A stretch of 53,760 nucleotides of DNA from Candidatus Omnitrophota bacterium (GTDB taxonomy: Bacteria; Omnitrophota; Gorgyraeia; Zapsychrales; Fredricksoniimonadaceae). This document shows positions 38,390 to 47,411 of the stretch, piece after piece. The DNA lies in contig JAKFXC010000042.1 in the NCBI GenBank assembly GCA_021731625.1, forward strand, positions 640 through 54,399. Reading direction: 5' to 3'. Each line of letters begins with the position of its first letter. Positions within the stretch are counted from its first letter, which is position 1. The notes under the pieces were generated by a model. That model saw only the letters and a list, made by a program, of their open reading frames with translations. It did not search any database and was not told where the DNA came from. The position numbers and the translations under genes were made by a program.

Positions 38390-39649
38390 TTAGGTGCGGA
38401 CCTGGCCGCTGCCGTAAACTTCGTATTTATAGGTGGTGAGGCCGTCCAAGGCCATGGGCCCGCGCACATGCAGTTTGTCCGTGCTGATGCCCACCTCCGC
38501 TCCGAACCCAAACTCAAACCCGTCGGTGAAACGGGTCGAGGCGTTGACGTACACACACGCCGAGTCGACCTGGTCCAAAAAAGCCTGGGCCTCTTTTTGA
38601 TCCCGGGTCACAATGGCATCCGAGTGATGCGAACCATAGTTATTGATGTGCGCCACGGCTTCTTGAAGGCCGTTGACCACCTTGACAGATAAAATTAAAT
38701 CCAAATATTCGGTGTGCCAATCTTTGGGTGTAGCTTTCTTGATCCCCACTTTGATCAGGGAACGCACCGCCTGGTCCCCCCGAATTTCACAGCCGGCATT
38801 CTTTAAATCGGCAATCGCCGCCGGTAAAAACTTTTTGGCCACCGCCTGATCGACCAGCAAAGTCTCCATGGCATTGCACACGCCGGGCTTCTGCGTTTTG
38901 GCATTCATGGTGATGTTGCGGGCCATGTCCAAATCAGCCTTCTTGCTCACATACACATGACAGATCCCCTGGAAATGCTTAACCACCGGGATGCGGGTGT
39001 TCTCCGCCACGAAACGGATCAAATCTTCACCGCCGCGGGGAACAATCATATCCAAGAGATGTTCCAATCTCAATAATTCATGCACGGCCTGGCGGTCCAC
39101 CGATTCAATCAATTGCAGGGCCTCGACGGGTATTTTAGTTTTTGCCAGGGCCCTTTTTAAAACTTTAAAAATGGCTTTATTGGAATGAATGGCCTCACGT
39201 CCGCCTTTTAAAATGGCGGCATTGGCCGATTTGATGCACAGAGCAGCGCAGTCGCTGGTCACATTAGGACGCGATTCATAAATGATCCCCACCACGCCCA
39301 GCGGCACCCGAATTTTTTTGATCAACAGACCATTGGGCCTTTTGATGGTTTCCAGGAGTTGCCCCACCGGATCTTTGAGTCCCGCGGTTGCCCTCACCCC
39401 GTCGGCCATGTCTTTGATACGTTTGGGATCAAGCGTCAAGCGATCGACCAATGCCGGGGCGTAGCGGAGCCGGCGGGCTTCGGCCAAATCTTTGGCATTC
39501 TCGGCCATGATATATCCGCTGTCCGCCTCCAGCGCTTTGGCCATGAGCAGCAAGGCGCGATTTCTCTCCGCGGTTGGTGTCAGCGCCAACTTTAAAGAGG
39601 ATTGCTTAGCGGCCCGCGCGATTTTGGAAATGTGAGCGGATAAATTCAT
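38390..39649 (-). CDS. proA: gamma-glutamyl phosphate reductase
   Basis: IYESRPNVT, CNAMETLL, NASTRFTDG, GISTDKLHVRGP. Confidence 0.97.
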   Translation of the reverse strand: MNLSAHISKIARAAKQSSLKLALTPTAERNRALLLMAKALEADSGYIMAENAKDLAEARRLRYAPALVDRLTLDPKRIKDMADGVRATAGLKDPVGQLLETIKRPNGLLIKKIRVPLGVVGIIYESRPNVTSDCAALCIKSANAAILKGGREAIHSNKAIFKVLKRALAKTKIPVEALQLIESVDRQAVHELLRLEHLLDMIVPRGGEDLIRFVAENTRIPVVKHFQGICHVYVSKKADLDMARNITMNAKTQKPGVCNAMETLLVDQAVAKKFLPAAIADLKNAGCEIRGDQAVRSLIKVGIKKATPKDWHTEYLDLILSVKVVNGLQEAVAHINNYGSHHSDAIVTRDQKEAQAFLDQVDSACVYVNASTRFTDGFEFGFGAEVGISTDKLHVRGPMALDGLTTYKYEVYGSGQVRT

Positions 39650-40451
39650 GCTCGGAGTCCCCGTCTAAAAGTTTTTCCTTCTTTTCTATAAAGTACGTGC
39701 CCAGGCGTTCGCCCTTGACCAAGCGCGACAACACATTGTCGGTCTTCCCCGCGGTGATGATGCAAGGGATGCGGGCATGGGTGGCGATTTTGACTGCGTC
39801 GATTTTGGCTTTCATCCCGCCGCGGGCCAGGCGCGCATTCTTGGTGCCCCCGGCCGCCCCTTCAATTTCAGCGGTGATTTCGGCAATTTCCTCAAAAACT
39901 TTCTGGTTCGCATCATAAAGGCCCTCGACATCGGACAATATCACCAGCAAGTCCGCATGCAACAACGCCGCCACCAGTGCGGACAGTTTGTCATTGTCCC
40001 CAAACTTGATTTCTTCCGTGGACGTGGTGTCATTTTCATTGATGATCGGCACCACCCGTTTTTTCAAAATCGCTTCCAGGGTGTGGCGGGCATTCAAAAA
40101 ACGGGCCCGATTGCCAAAATCATCCCAAGTCAGCAGCACTTGGGCGCATTTTAAACTTACTTTTTTAAACAGTTCGCAATACAGGCGCATCAGCAGGGCC
40201 TGTCCGATGGCGGCCCGGGCTTGCAACGCGGCCATGTCCGTCGGGCGTTTTTTTTCATTGAGCTCTCCCATGCCCAGACCAATCGCCCCAGAAGACACCA
40301 AAATGACCTCGATGCCGCGGGCGCGCAATTGGGCCACCTGCGCTGCCAAACGCCGCAGTTCCGTTGTTTTGGCGCGCAAGCGATTGTCCACAATTTGGCT
40401 GGTGCCTAATTTGACCACAATGCGTTTGATGGGACGTTCAAATGTTCTCAT
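39606..40451 (-). CDS. proB: glutamate 5-kinase (no PUA domain)
   Basis: VVKLGT, VSSGAI, INEND, FGDNDKL, GGMKAKI. Confidence 0.95.
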   Translation of the reverse strand: MRTFERPIKRIVVKLGTSQIVDNRLRAKTTELRRLAAQVAQLRARGIEVILVSSGAIGLGMGELNEKKRPTDMAALQARAAIGQALLMRLYCELFKKVSLKCAQVLLTWDDFGNRARFLNARHTLEAILKKRVVPIINENDTTSTEEIKFGDNDKLSALVAALLHADLLVILSDVEGLYDANQKVFEEIAEITAEIEGAAGGTKNARLARGGMKAKIDAVKIATHARIPCIITAGKTDNVLSRLVKGERLGTYFIEKKEKLLDGDSEHEFIRSHFQNRAGR

Positions 40452-41440
40452 GCCAATAGCTCCCGTATCGCCGCCAGCAATTTCTCAAGCCCCTCTTTAT
40501 CTTTGGCAGACACCGAAAAAATATCCTTAGTGACTTTCCTCTTAAAACGGGTTAAATTTTTTTTTGCGTCAGGCAAATCCATTTTATTGGCCACCAGAAG
40601 TGTAGGTTTATGGAAAAGCCCTTCGCCGGCCCCGCCCGGGGCGGCCTCAGCGTAAAGGTTGAGCTCTTCGGTAATTTTATGATAATCCTCGACCGGGTCG
40701 CGGCCTTCAGTGCCGGCCATGTCAATGACATGCACGAGGATTTTAGTCCGCTCGGCATGTTTGAGAAATTGATGCCCCAGGCCTTTGCCTTCGTGCGCGC
40801 CTTCGATCAGGCCTGGTAGGTCCGCCATGACAAAATCCTCGGCCTCACCGCGCTCATCCTTAACGATTCCCAAAATCGGGGCCTTGGTCGTGAACGGGTA
40901 GCTCGCAATCTTAGATTTTACCTTACTGACCGCACATATCAAAGTAGATTTGCCTGCGTTTGGAAAACCGATCAAACCTACATCCGCGATGATTTTAAGC
41001 TCCAGGCGGATGGTGCGCACCTCACCTGGATGCGGCAAGGTGACGGTGCGGTTATGATTATTGCCATGCCCACCTGCCCCGCCTTTGGCCACGATGACCT
41101 GGTCTTGGTCGGTCACTAAATCGCGCATTAAAAGGCCGGTGTCGTAATCCCAAATCATGGTCCCTGTAGGCACGTGCAGGATGCAGTCTTCCCCACTGCG
41201 GCCGGTTTTGTTGTTGCTGCTGGCATGGCCGCCCCTTTTGGCCACATAATGTTGCCGGAACCGGTAATCTAAGAGGGTGTGCAGGTTGCGGTCCGCCACA
41301 AATATCACGTCGCCGCCTTTGCCGCCGTCTCCGCCGTCAGGACGAGGGTAGCGCATGTATTTATCGCGGTAGTGACTCTCGCAGCCCTTGCCTCCGCCGC
41401 CGGCCTGGACTTCTATGCGGGCTTGATCAACAAAAGGCAT
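40448..41440 (-). CDS. obgE: GTPase ObgE/CgtA
   Basis: Gly-rich OBG fold, GFPNAGKST, YPFTT, DLPGLIEGA, NKMD; start MPFVD. Confidence 0.97.
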   Translation of the reverse strand: MPFVDQARIEVQAGGGGKGCESHYRDKYMRYPRPDGGDGGKGGDVIFVADRNLHTLLDYRFRQHYVAKRGGHASSNNKTGRSGEDCILHVPTGTMIWDYDTGLLMRDLVTDQDQVIVAKGGAGGHGNNHNRTVTLPHPGEVRTIRLELKIIADVGLIGFPNAGKSTLICAVSKVKSKIASYPFTTKAPILGIVKDERGEAEDFVMADLPGLIEGAHEGKGLGHQFLKHAERTKILVHVIDMAGTEGRDPVEDYHKITEELNLYAEAAPGGAGEGLFHKPTLLVANKMDLPDAKKNLTRFKRKVTKDIFSVSAKDKEGLEKLLAAIRELLA

Positions 41441-41472
41441 AACGCTCCTAAAATAGGGGGCTGGCCCCAATT

Positions 41473-41509
41473 AAAAATCCCAGTCCCGGATCACCGAGAC
41501 TGGGATTTT
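41473..41509 (-). terminator. intrinsic terminator-like hairpin after rplU
   Basis: Minus strand AAAATCCCAGTCTCGG-TGAT-CCGGGACTGGGATTTTT. Confidence 0.7.
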
Positions 41510-41526
41510 CCAACACCATTATACAA

Positions 41527-41838
41527 TTACAGAGAAATCTTTTCAATCTTAACGCTGGTCAGGTCCTGGCGGTGACCATGGGTGCGGGCGGAATCCTTGC
41601 GTTTCCGGTATTTGAACGCAATGACCTTGGCGCCCCGGGGGTGGTCGATGACTTGTGCGCTCACCGTGGCGGCTTTGATAAAGGGCTGGCCAACAGTGAT
41701 TTTGTCACCGTCGGAGATCAATAAGACTTTGTCCAAGGTGATTTTTTCGCCGACTTTAAGGTCCAAACGGTTGGCGGTGATGGTATCGCCTTCGACGACT
41801 TTGAACTGGCTGTTTCCTAGCGAAACGACTGCAAACAT
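41527..41838 (-). CDS. rplU: 50S ribosomal protein L21
   Basis: MFAVV...QFKV.EGD, VGQPF, KVIAFKY, GHRQ. Confidence 0.96.
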   Translation of the reverse strand: MFAVVSLGNSQFKVVEGDTITANRLDLKVGEKITLDKVLLISDGDKITVGQPFIKAATVSAQVIDHPRGAKVIAFKYRKRKDSARTHGHRQDLTSVKIEKISL

Positions 41839-41867
41839 GAGGTCCTCTCTTTCATTGGAAAGGGCAA

Positions 41868-41896
41868 ATTATACACAGGAAACTTGAAAAGGTCAA
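41868..41896 (-). promoter_or_regulatory. sigma70 promoter for rplU
   Basis: TTGACC-17 bp-TATAAT. Confidence 0.75.
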
Positions 41897-41994
41897 TGCA
41901 AATGCTTCTTGGCACGATTGGCATTGCGGTGGTCGATCCACATCAATACTAATACAAAAGCGAGGACACCTACTGGAACCATTAACATTTCCAT
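41893..41994 (-). CDS. putative 33-aa single-TM small protein
   Basis: AAAGGAG RBS 7 nt before ATG; MEMLMVPVGVLAFVLVLMWIDHRNANRAKKHLH. Confidence 0.6.
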   Translation of the reverse strand: MEMLMVPVGVLAFVLVLMWIDHRNANRAKKHLH

Positions 41995-42052
41995 ATTTAG
42001 GCTCCTTTCTTTATTTGATTCTGCGTTGAACTAATTGTGTGATTTGCTAAAT

Positions 42053-42988
42053 TTACAAACAAAATTGATATTTTGATGCCGCATTTTCGGACAGCCTCAT
42101 CGCTTTTATTTGAGACGCAATACCCCCTGCTTCAAAAATGGCACTGCCCCCGGCATGATGCTGGATTTTCTCTGCCATTGCTTTGCCGGCCAAGGTTTCG
42201 GCAAATGTTCGCAGTTTCATATATTCCTCTCGAGAGTCAATGATGAGGCGGTCAACGTCAGATTTAAGCAAATCGCGCACAACCCTCCAAATAAAATCAT
42301 ATTCCTGATAAACCAGGACCGGACCTTGCTTTTGCTTTGACAAATTTTGGATTTTCTCCCAGATAGCGGTTAAGAACTTAGCATCGCGGATTATCTCTGT
42401 CTCGGTCGCACCAACGGACGCGGTGCGTACAATAAAGCCTCCGCTGTGCGCAAAATTAAATGACTTCAATATTTCTCGAAATCGATGGCGCTCCCGCAAA
42501 TCCTTAGTCTTTTTGGGAATGCCGTCGTGGCGATGCCAAGGCATATAAACAACAAAGCGACCAGGCAAACTGATCTTCGTGCTGAGTTCTGCGTTTTTTG
42601 TACCAATGAGGTCCTTGATCACCTGCACCAGGACCTCCTCACCCTTCTCAACAGGCAGTTCTTTTTTATTCGTCACCGGTGTGCTGTCCGCCAGCTGTCT
42701 TTTATTGAAAATATTTGAGATTTTATTACCTATACTCACGCTGCGTTCGATTTTTCCATAGTCAACGTCACTCAAGAAAGGGTTTTCTTCATCGGCTAAA
42801 TTCAAAAATCCTTTTGTGTCCGGTTCGATATTAATGAAGCCATAGTCTTGTGCCTTGCCCTTATAAATATTACCCACCCTGGAAGGGTGAAGGTCTCGCT
42901 CGATATAAAGGTGGTCCGCCTTGCCATCCACCACAACCGCAACATGCTTCTCGCCGTTGGCCACGTGAATCAAAATTTCCTTAGACAC
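42053..42988 (-). CDS. truncated RNase E/G paralog (S1 plus 5'-sensor only)
   Basis: Colinear with the first two-thirds of the upstream gene (GNIYKGK, SLPGRFVV, GGFIVRTAS); lacks DVN, IDFID and the CxxC Zn-link. Confidence 0.85.
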   Translation of the reverse strand: MSKEILIHVANGEKHVAVVVDGKADHLYIERDLHPSRVGNIYKGKAQDYGFINIEPDTKGFLNLADEENPFLSDVDYGKIERSVSIGNKISNIFNKRQLADSTPVTNKKELPVEKGEEVLVQVIKDLIGTKNAELSTKISLPGRFVVYMPWHRHDGIPKKTKDLRERHRFREILKSFNFAHSGGFIVRTASVGATETEIIRDAKFLTAIWEKIQNLSKQKQGPVLVYQEYDFIWRVVRDLLKSDVDRLIIDSREEYMKLRTFAETLAGKAMAEKIQHHAGGSAIFEAGGIASQIKAMRLSENAASKYQFCL

Positions 42989-43016
42989 GTTCGCTCCGCT
43001 TTGACTTTGGGAAAAT

Positions 43017-44417
43017 TTAATCGATCTTGACTTTGCCCCGCCCCTCGCAATACGGGCAGCTGTGGAACTTCAACGATTCAATGGCTTTGCCGGTGCGGGC
43101 CCGGGTCATTTCGACCAAACCTAGCTGGGATATGCGATTGACTTCGGTTTTCGCATGGTCTTTGACCAATTCATCCCGCAGGCAATGCAACACCTTACGC
43201 TTATGGTCTTCCCGGTTCATGTCGATAAAATCAATGACGATGATCCCGCCTAAGTCGCGCAAGCGCAATTGCCGGGCGATTTCGGGCGCTGCTTCCATGT
43301 TGACCGCAAAGGCCGCATCCTCCGGCGAGCCTTTGGTCTTAAACCGCCCGCTGTTGACATCGACGACGGTCAGGCCCTCGGTGGGTTCAATGACCACGTA
43401 GGCGCCGGATTTTAAATAAATTTTGGGCTCATAAATTTTTTCCAGCTCACGGGCAATCCCCCGCGCCTCAAACACCGACTGCCCGGCGGAGTGGTACTGA
43501 ATTTTGCCAACCAACTCCTTGCCCGCCAGGGTCTCGGCAAACTTGCGCAGTTTGATATATTCTTCCTGCGAGTCAATGGTCAACTTTTCGACCTCATCTT
43601 TGAGCAAATCCCGTACCACCTTCCAAATCAGGTCATATTCCTTATAGATCAAGGCCGGCGCCTGCTTCTGTTTGCCTAAGTTGCGGATCCTCTCCCACAT
43701 GGCGGTTAAAAATTTGGCGTCGCGGGTGATTTCGCGTTCGCCTATATCCACCGAGGCGGTGCGCACGATGAACCCGCCGCTGCGGACAAAATTAAGAGAT
43801 TTGAGAATGTCCCGCAGGCGGTGCCGTTCTTCCGGCTTTTCTATTTTTTTGGAAATGCCGTTGTGGCGGTCAACCGGCATATACACCACAAACCGGCCGG
43901 CCAAACTGATGTGCGTGGTCAACCTTGCCCCTTTGGTGCCAAACGGGTCTTTGACAACCTGCACCAGCACCTCCTGGTCTTTTTTGAGCGGCAGGTCATT
44001 CTTGCCTTTCTGTGGATGCTGCTGGTGCCGCGGGTGGGGTGGCGGCGGTGGTGGCGTCGGATTGGCCTGGGCAGGCTTCTCCGACTCTGTGGCGGCGGCG
44101 CCGGGTTTGGGCATAAACATATTCAACAACTTTTGCCCCACCGTCGGCGGTGCCGGTTCGTCTTCGATCTTTTCGATGTCGTTTAAAAAAGGATTGTCCG
44201 CGTCGGTCAAGTATAAGAATCCGTTTTTCTCCTGCCCGATATTGATGAAGGCACCATTGATCGACGGCAAAATGGACTCCACTTTGCCTTTGTAAATGTT
44301 TCCCAGCATCGACTGATGCCGGTCCAGTTCAATGTAAAAATCATCCAGCTTACCGTCGACCAAAACGGCAACCCGGCGTTCTCCTTCGGCCACATGTATT
44401 AAAATTTCTTTGGACAC
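43017..44417 (-). CDS. rng: ribonuclease E/G family (RNase G-sized)
   Basis: GNIYKGKV, GARLTT, IVRTAS, VDVNSG, LRDLGGIIVIDFIDM, CPYC. Confidence 0.93.
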   Translation of the reverse strand: MSKEILIHVAEGERRVAVLVDGKLDDFYIELDRHQSMLGNIYKGKVESILPSINGAFINIGQEKNGFLYLTDADNPFLNDIEKIEDEPAPPTVGQKLLNMFMPKPGAAATESEKPAQANPTPPPPPPHPRHQQHPQKGKNDLPLKKDQEVLVQVVKDPFGTKGARLTTHISLAGRFVVYMPVDRHNGISKKIEKPEERHRLRDILKSLNFVRSGGFIVRTASVDIGEREITRDAKFLTAMWERIRNLGKQKQAPALIYKEYDLIWKVVRDLLKDEVEKLTIDSQEEYIKLRKFAETLAGKELVGKIQYHSAGQSVFEARGIARELEKIYEPKIYLKSGAYVVIEPTEGLTVVDVNSGRFKTKGSPEDAAFAVNMEAAPEIARQLRLRDLGGIIVIDFIDMNREDHKRKVLHCLRDELVKDHAKTEVNRISQLGLVEMTRARTGKAIESLKFHSCPYCEGRGKVKID

Positions 44418-44466
44418 AGTTTTCCTCCTGTAATCATTGTTGAGTTCATGTGGGCAGGCCGGTGTT

Positions 44467-45858
44467 CTATTTTCCGCCGGAAGCGGCGGGAACTGCAGGA
44501 GGATTGCCGGAGGTCCCTTGCGGGATCTTGGCGGTGATGATGTGCGGCGTCAAGAAAATCAACAATTCCGTTTTGGATTTTGTGCTGATCTTATTCTTGA
44601 ACACCTGACCAAGGATCGGCACATCACCCAAGAAAGGGATTTTCTTGTGGACGATGTCGGTCTGGTCTTTAATAAGTCCTGCGATCACCAAAGTCTGCCC
44701 GTTTTCAATCATAACCTTCGTGGTTGCTTCCTCCACACTTAGTTGAGGTAACGTGGTGTTCTCCACCGTCGCTGAACCGCTGATGCTGGTGATGGTCGGA
44801 TGCAGTTCCAGCGTCACCATGTCCGCATTATTGACATGCGGGGTCACCTCAAAAATTATTCCGATATCTTTGTATTCCCAACCAGAAACCTGCAATTTTG
44901 CCTGCTCGGCATTGTACGTGTACTGCGGAATGGGGTATTGCGTGCCGACCACAATCCTGGCGGATTGATTGTCCAGGGTGACAATCCTGGGATTGGATAA
45001 AATATTGGTGTCGGTGCGGGTCTTAAGCATATTCAACACCGCTTGGAAGGCAGAAAAATCTAACGTACCGTAAGTAAAAGCGGAACTGGCCGGGGCCCCA
45101 AAATTCCCGGGCAGCAATGAACTCGACTCATCGGGCCTAAACGGGAATGCCAGCGGCCTTTTGTTAAACGACAGCGTCCCGCCGGTTGTCCACTCAATGC
45201 CCAACTTGTCGCTCGAGTCCAATTTGGTTTCCACCACTTTGGCCTCGATCAAAACTTGCGGGGTCACCGTATCCAAGGTCTTGACCACCCCGTCGATCAA
45301 GTCCAGGGCGCTTTGCACGTCCCGGATGATCAACGTGTTGGTGCGCTGATCAAAGTTGATGGTGCCGCGGTTGGTCTTGACCTTTCCGATGGCATCCACG
45401 ATGTCGCCGGCCTTCGCGTAGCTTAACATATATGTTTTGGTGACCAGCGGTTCTTGTTCCTGCAACACCAGGTTGTCCTCCCGGCGCTTTTTCAAATTCT
45501 CGATGGACATCACGGTGATGATATTGCCCTGCCGCTCATAACCAAAACCATACGTGGATAAAATCACCTGCAACGCCTTTTGCCAGGGGACATCGGCCAA
45601 TTGGATGGTCACAGCTCCGGACACTTCCGGGCTGGTGACGATGTTGACCGAGCTCTTGTAAGCCAACACTTTCAGGACATTGCGGATGTCGGCGTCCTGG
45701 AAATCCAAAGACACCAGTCCATCTTCGGCCAACGGGACCGCAACCTTTTCAATAACCATAGGGGCGGCCATCGCGTCCTCAATCGGCTGGGCCAAAGCAA
45801 CCATTGGCGCCAGGAGCACGAAACTAAACATGACCATCACTAAGCCGCATGGAATCAT
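44467..45858 (-). CDS. pilQ: type IV pilus secretin PilQ-like
   Basis: VSLDFQDADIR (STN), QVLIEAKVVE, IPFLGDVPILGQVF, ELLIFLTPHI; follows pilMNOP. Confidence 0.88.
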   Translation of the reverse strand: MIPCGLVMVMFSFVLLAPMVALAQPIEDAMAAPMVIEKVAVPLAEDGLVSLDFQDADIRNVLKVLAYKSSVNIVTSPEVSGAVTIQLADVPWQKALQVILSTYGFGYERQGNIITVMSIENLKKRREDNLVLQEQEPLVTKTYMLSYAKAGDIVDAIGKVKTNRGTINFDQRTNTLIIRDVQSALDLIDGVVKTLDTVTPQVLIEAKVVETKLDSSDKLGIEWTTGGTLSFNKRPLAFPFRPDESSSLLPGNFGAPASSAFTYGTLDFSAFQAVLNMLKTRTDTNILSNPRIVTLDNQSARIVVGTQYPIPQYTYNAEQAKLQVSGWEYKDIGIIFEVTPHVNNADMVTLELHPTITSISGSATVENTTLPQLSVEEATTKVMIENGQTLVIAGLIKDQTDIVHKKIPFLGDVPILGQVFKNKISTKSKTELLIFLTPHIITAKIPQGTSGNPPAVPAASGGK

Positions 45859-46208
45859 CGCCCGCCTCGCTTGATTTGTAGGGTAAACCGCTCGCCGTCT
45901 TTGACCAAAACCACATGGTCTCCGGAAATGGCTTCCACTTGATAAGGCCCGATTTGTTGTGCCATTTTGACTATTTTTCCGTTGATGATGGCGGCGCTCT
46001 CACCCTTGGGGTCCTGCACAATGCCTTCCAAATTTAACTCCGCCAATGATAAGTCCGAATCATAACTGACCACTGCCCCGCCGGCCGTCACCAAAGGGCT
46101 GAAGGGGTCCTGTTTGCCATGGTCATTGTACACAAACTTTTTCTCGGCATCGGCGGCACAACAGGGGGTAAAGATAAACAGCATGAGGGTAAAAACAAGT
46201 GTGTGCAC
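45855..46208 (-). CDS. PilP-like pilus assembly protein
   Basis: Signal peptide, DPF motif, L.LEGIV, AAIING; positioned between pilO and the secretin. Confidence 0.7.
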   Translation of the reverse strand: MHTLVFTLMLFIFTPCCAADAEKKFVYNDHGKQDPFSPLVTAGGAVVSYDSDLSLAELNLEGIVQDPKGESAAIINGKIVKMAQQIGPYQVEAISGDHVVLVKDGERFTLQIKRGGR

Positions 46209-46209
46209 G

Positions 46210-46833
46210 TTACCCCCCGCCTGCCTTGTCCACCAGCAGTACTTTCAGGGTGGCCCCAATGGCAAGGTTAACACTGCCTTCCTTGCCGCTGTTGTCCATA
46301 CGTAAATCTTTGATGATAAACAATAGGTTGGCAGACTCCAGCTCATTAAGAAACTTTCCAAACATATGATAACCCGAATGCGCATTGATCACAACAGGCA
46401 AAAAATAATATTTGGCTTCGCCAATGGTAAACGCATGTTCCTGTCCTTCCTTCGACGGATTAAGCACATCTAACGTGACCCGGCTCGCCGTGGCCACGGT
46501 GGAAATTTCTTCCAACACCATGGGCACATCCGCAAGCGAGCGGATCTTGTCTGCCACGGCTTTGAATTGGGTGCGGGTGCCTTCCAATCCCTGCTTGATT
46601 TGGGTGATCCGCTGCTTGTCGGCCTTCACCCGTTCAATGTCCTCGCCCAGCTGTTTGATTTCGCCATTCATCTTGTCCATGGCCCGGATCTGAAACTGCA
46701 TGATCAGCGCATAATCCAGAATCACGAAGCTTAAGATGCCGATGCCCATGATGCCAAAACGCACCTTGAGGTCCAGGCCATTGAACACGTCGATGATGGT
46801 TTGAACGTTGATCGCCTTCAGGTTGAATTTCAT
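46210..46833 (-). CDS. pilO: type IV pilus assembly protein PilO
   Basis: TM plus coiled coil, YY.LPV, GYHMFGKFLNELE. Confidence 0.8.
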   Translation of the reverse strand: MKFNLKAINVQTIIDVFNGLDLKVRFGIMGIGILSFVILDYALIMQFQIRAMDKMNGEIKQLGEDIERVKADKQRITQIKQGLEGTRTQFKAVADKIRSLADVPMVLEEISTVATASRVTLDVLNPSKEGQEHAFTIGEAKYYFLPVVINAHSGYHMFGKFLNELESANLLFIIKDLRMDNSGKEGSVNLAIGATLKVLLVDKAGGG

Positions 46834-47411
46834 TTTAATTTACCCACGATGGTAAAATTGCTCACGTCCAGGTTTCCCTTTTTTTCCTTCTGCACGCTGT
46901 TAATTTCAATGGCCGAAAAATCCTCCATAAAAACAGCATCTTTTTTCAGGTTTCCCACAAAGGTGCTGATCGTCACCATGTCGGTTTGAGAACGGGTAAA
47001 GACGGTGCCCTCAAGAGTCAAGGCCGTGGCATCCACGGTCAATCGGCGCAACCACATTCCTTTGACTAGGCTATCGCTGATGGTATTCAATTTGCGCGAG
47101 TAGTCCTTGGATTTTGAGACGGCGCTGCCCATGCTGTTCATCTTCTTTTTGATCTCCATCATTTCACTGGAAAGTCCCTCGATCGCGGTCTTGTCCGGCA
47201 AAATTTTCTGCCATTCGACTCTTTGAGTGGCCAGCATCGCCGCCTTAAACCCCATGGCAAGTAACAGCAGAACATGCCCGACAATCAACAGGCCCGCACA
47301 ACCACCGACGACCGGCAGGACCACTTCGCGGGGCAAATCCAATTGCAAGATGGCCCCCCCTGCGGTGGTCTTCCTGCGGGTGCTGAGCGGGACCAAGTTA
47401 ATGTTAATCAT
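46830..47411 (-). CDS. pilN: type IV pilus assembly protein PilN
   Basis: N-terminal ININLVP PilM-binding motif, TM, WLRRL. Confidence 0.82.
   Translation of the reverse strand: MININLVPLSTRRKTTAGGAILQLDLPREVVLPVVGGCAGLLIVGHVLLLLAMGFKAAMLATQRVEWQKILPDKTAIEGLSSEMMEIKKKMNSMGSAVSKSKDYSRKLNTISDSLVKGMWLRRLTVDATALTLEGTVFTRSQTDMVTISTFVGNLKKDAVFMEDFSAIEINSVQKEKKGNLDVSNFTIVGKLK

Noticed and set aside
39606-40451. proB lacking the PUA domain as a pseudogene
   Set aside because: PUA-less glutamate 5-kinases are common and the catalytic motifs are intact.
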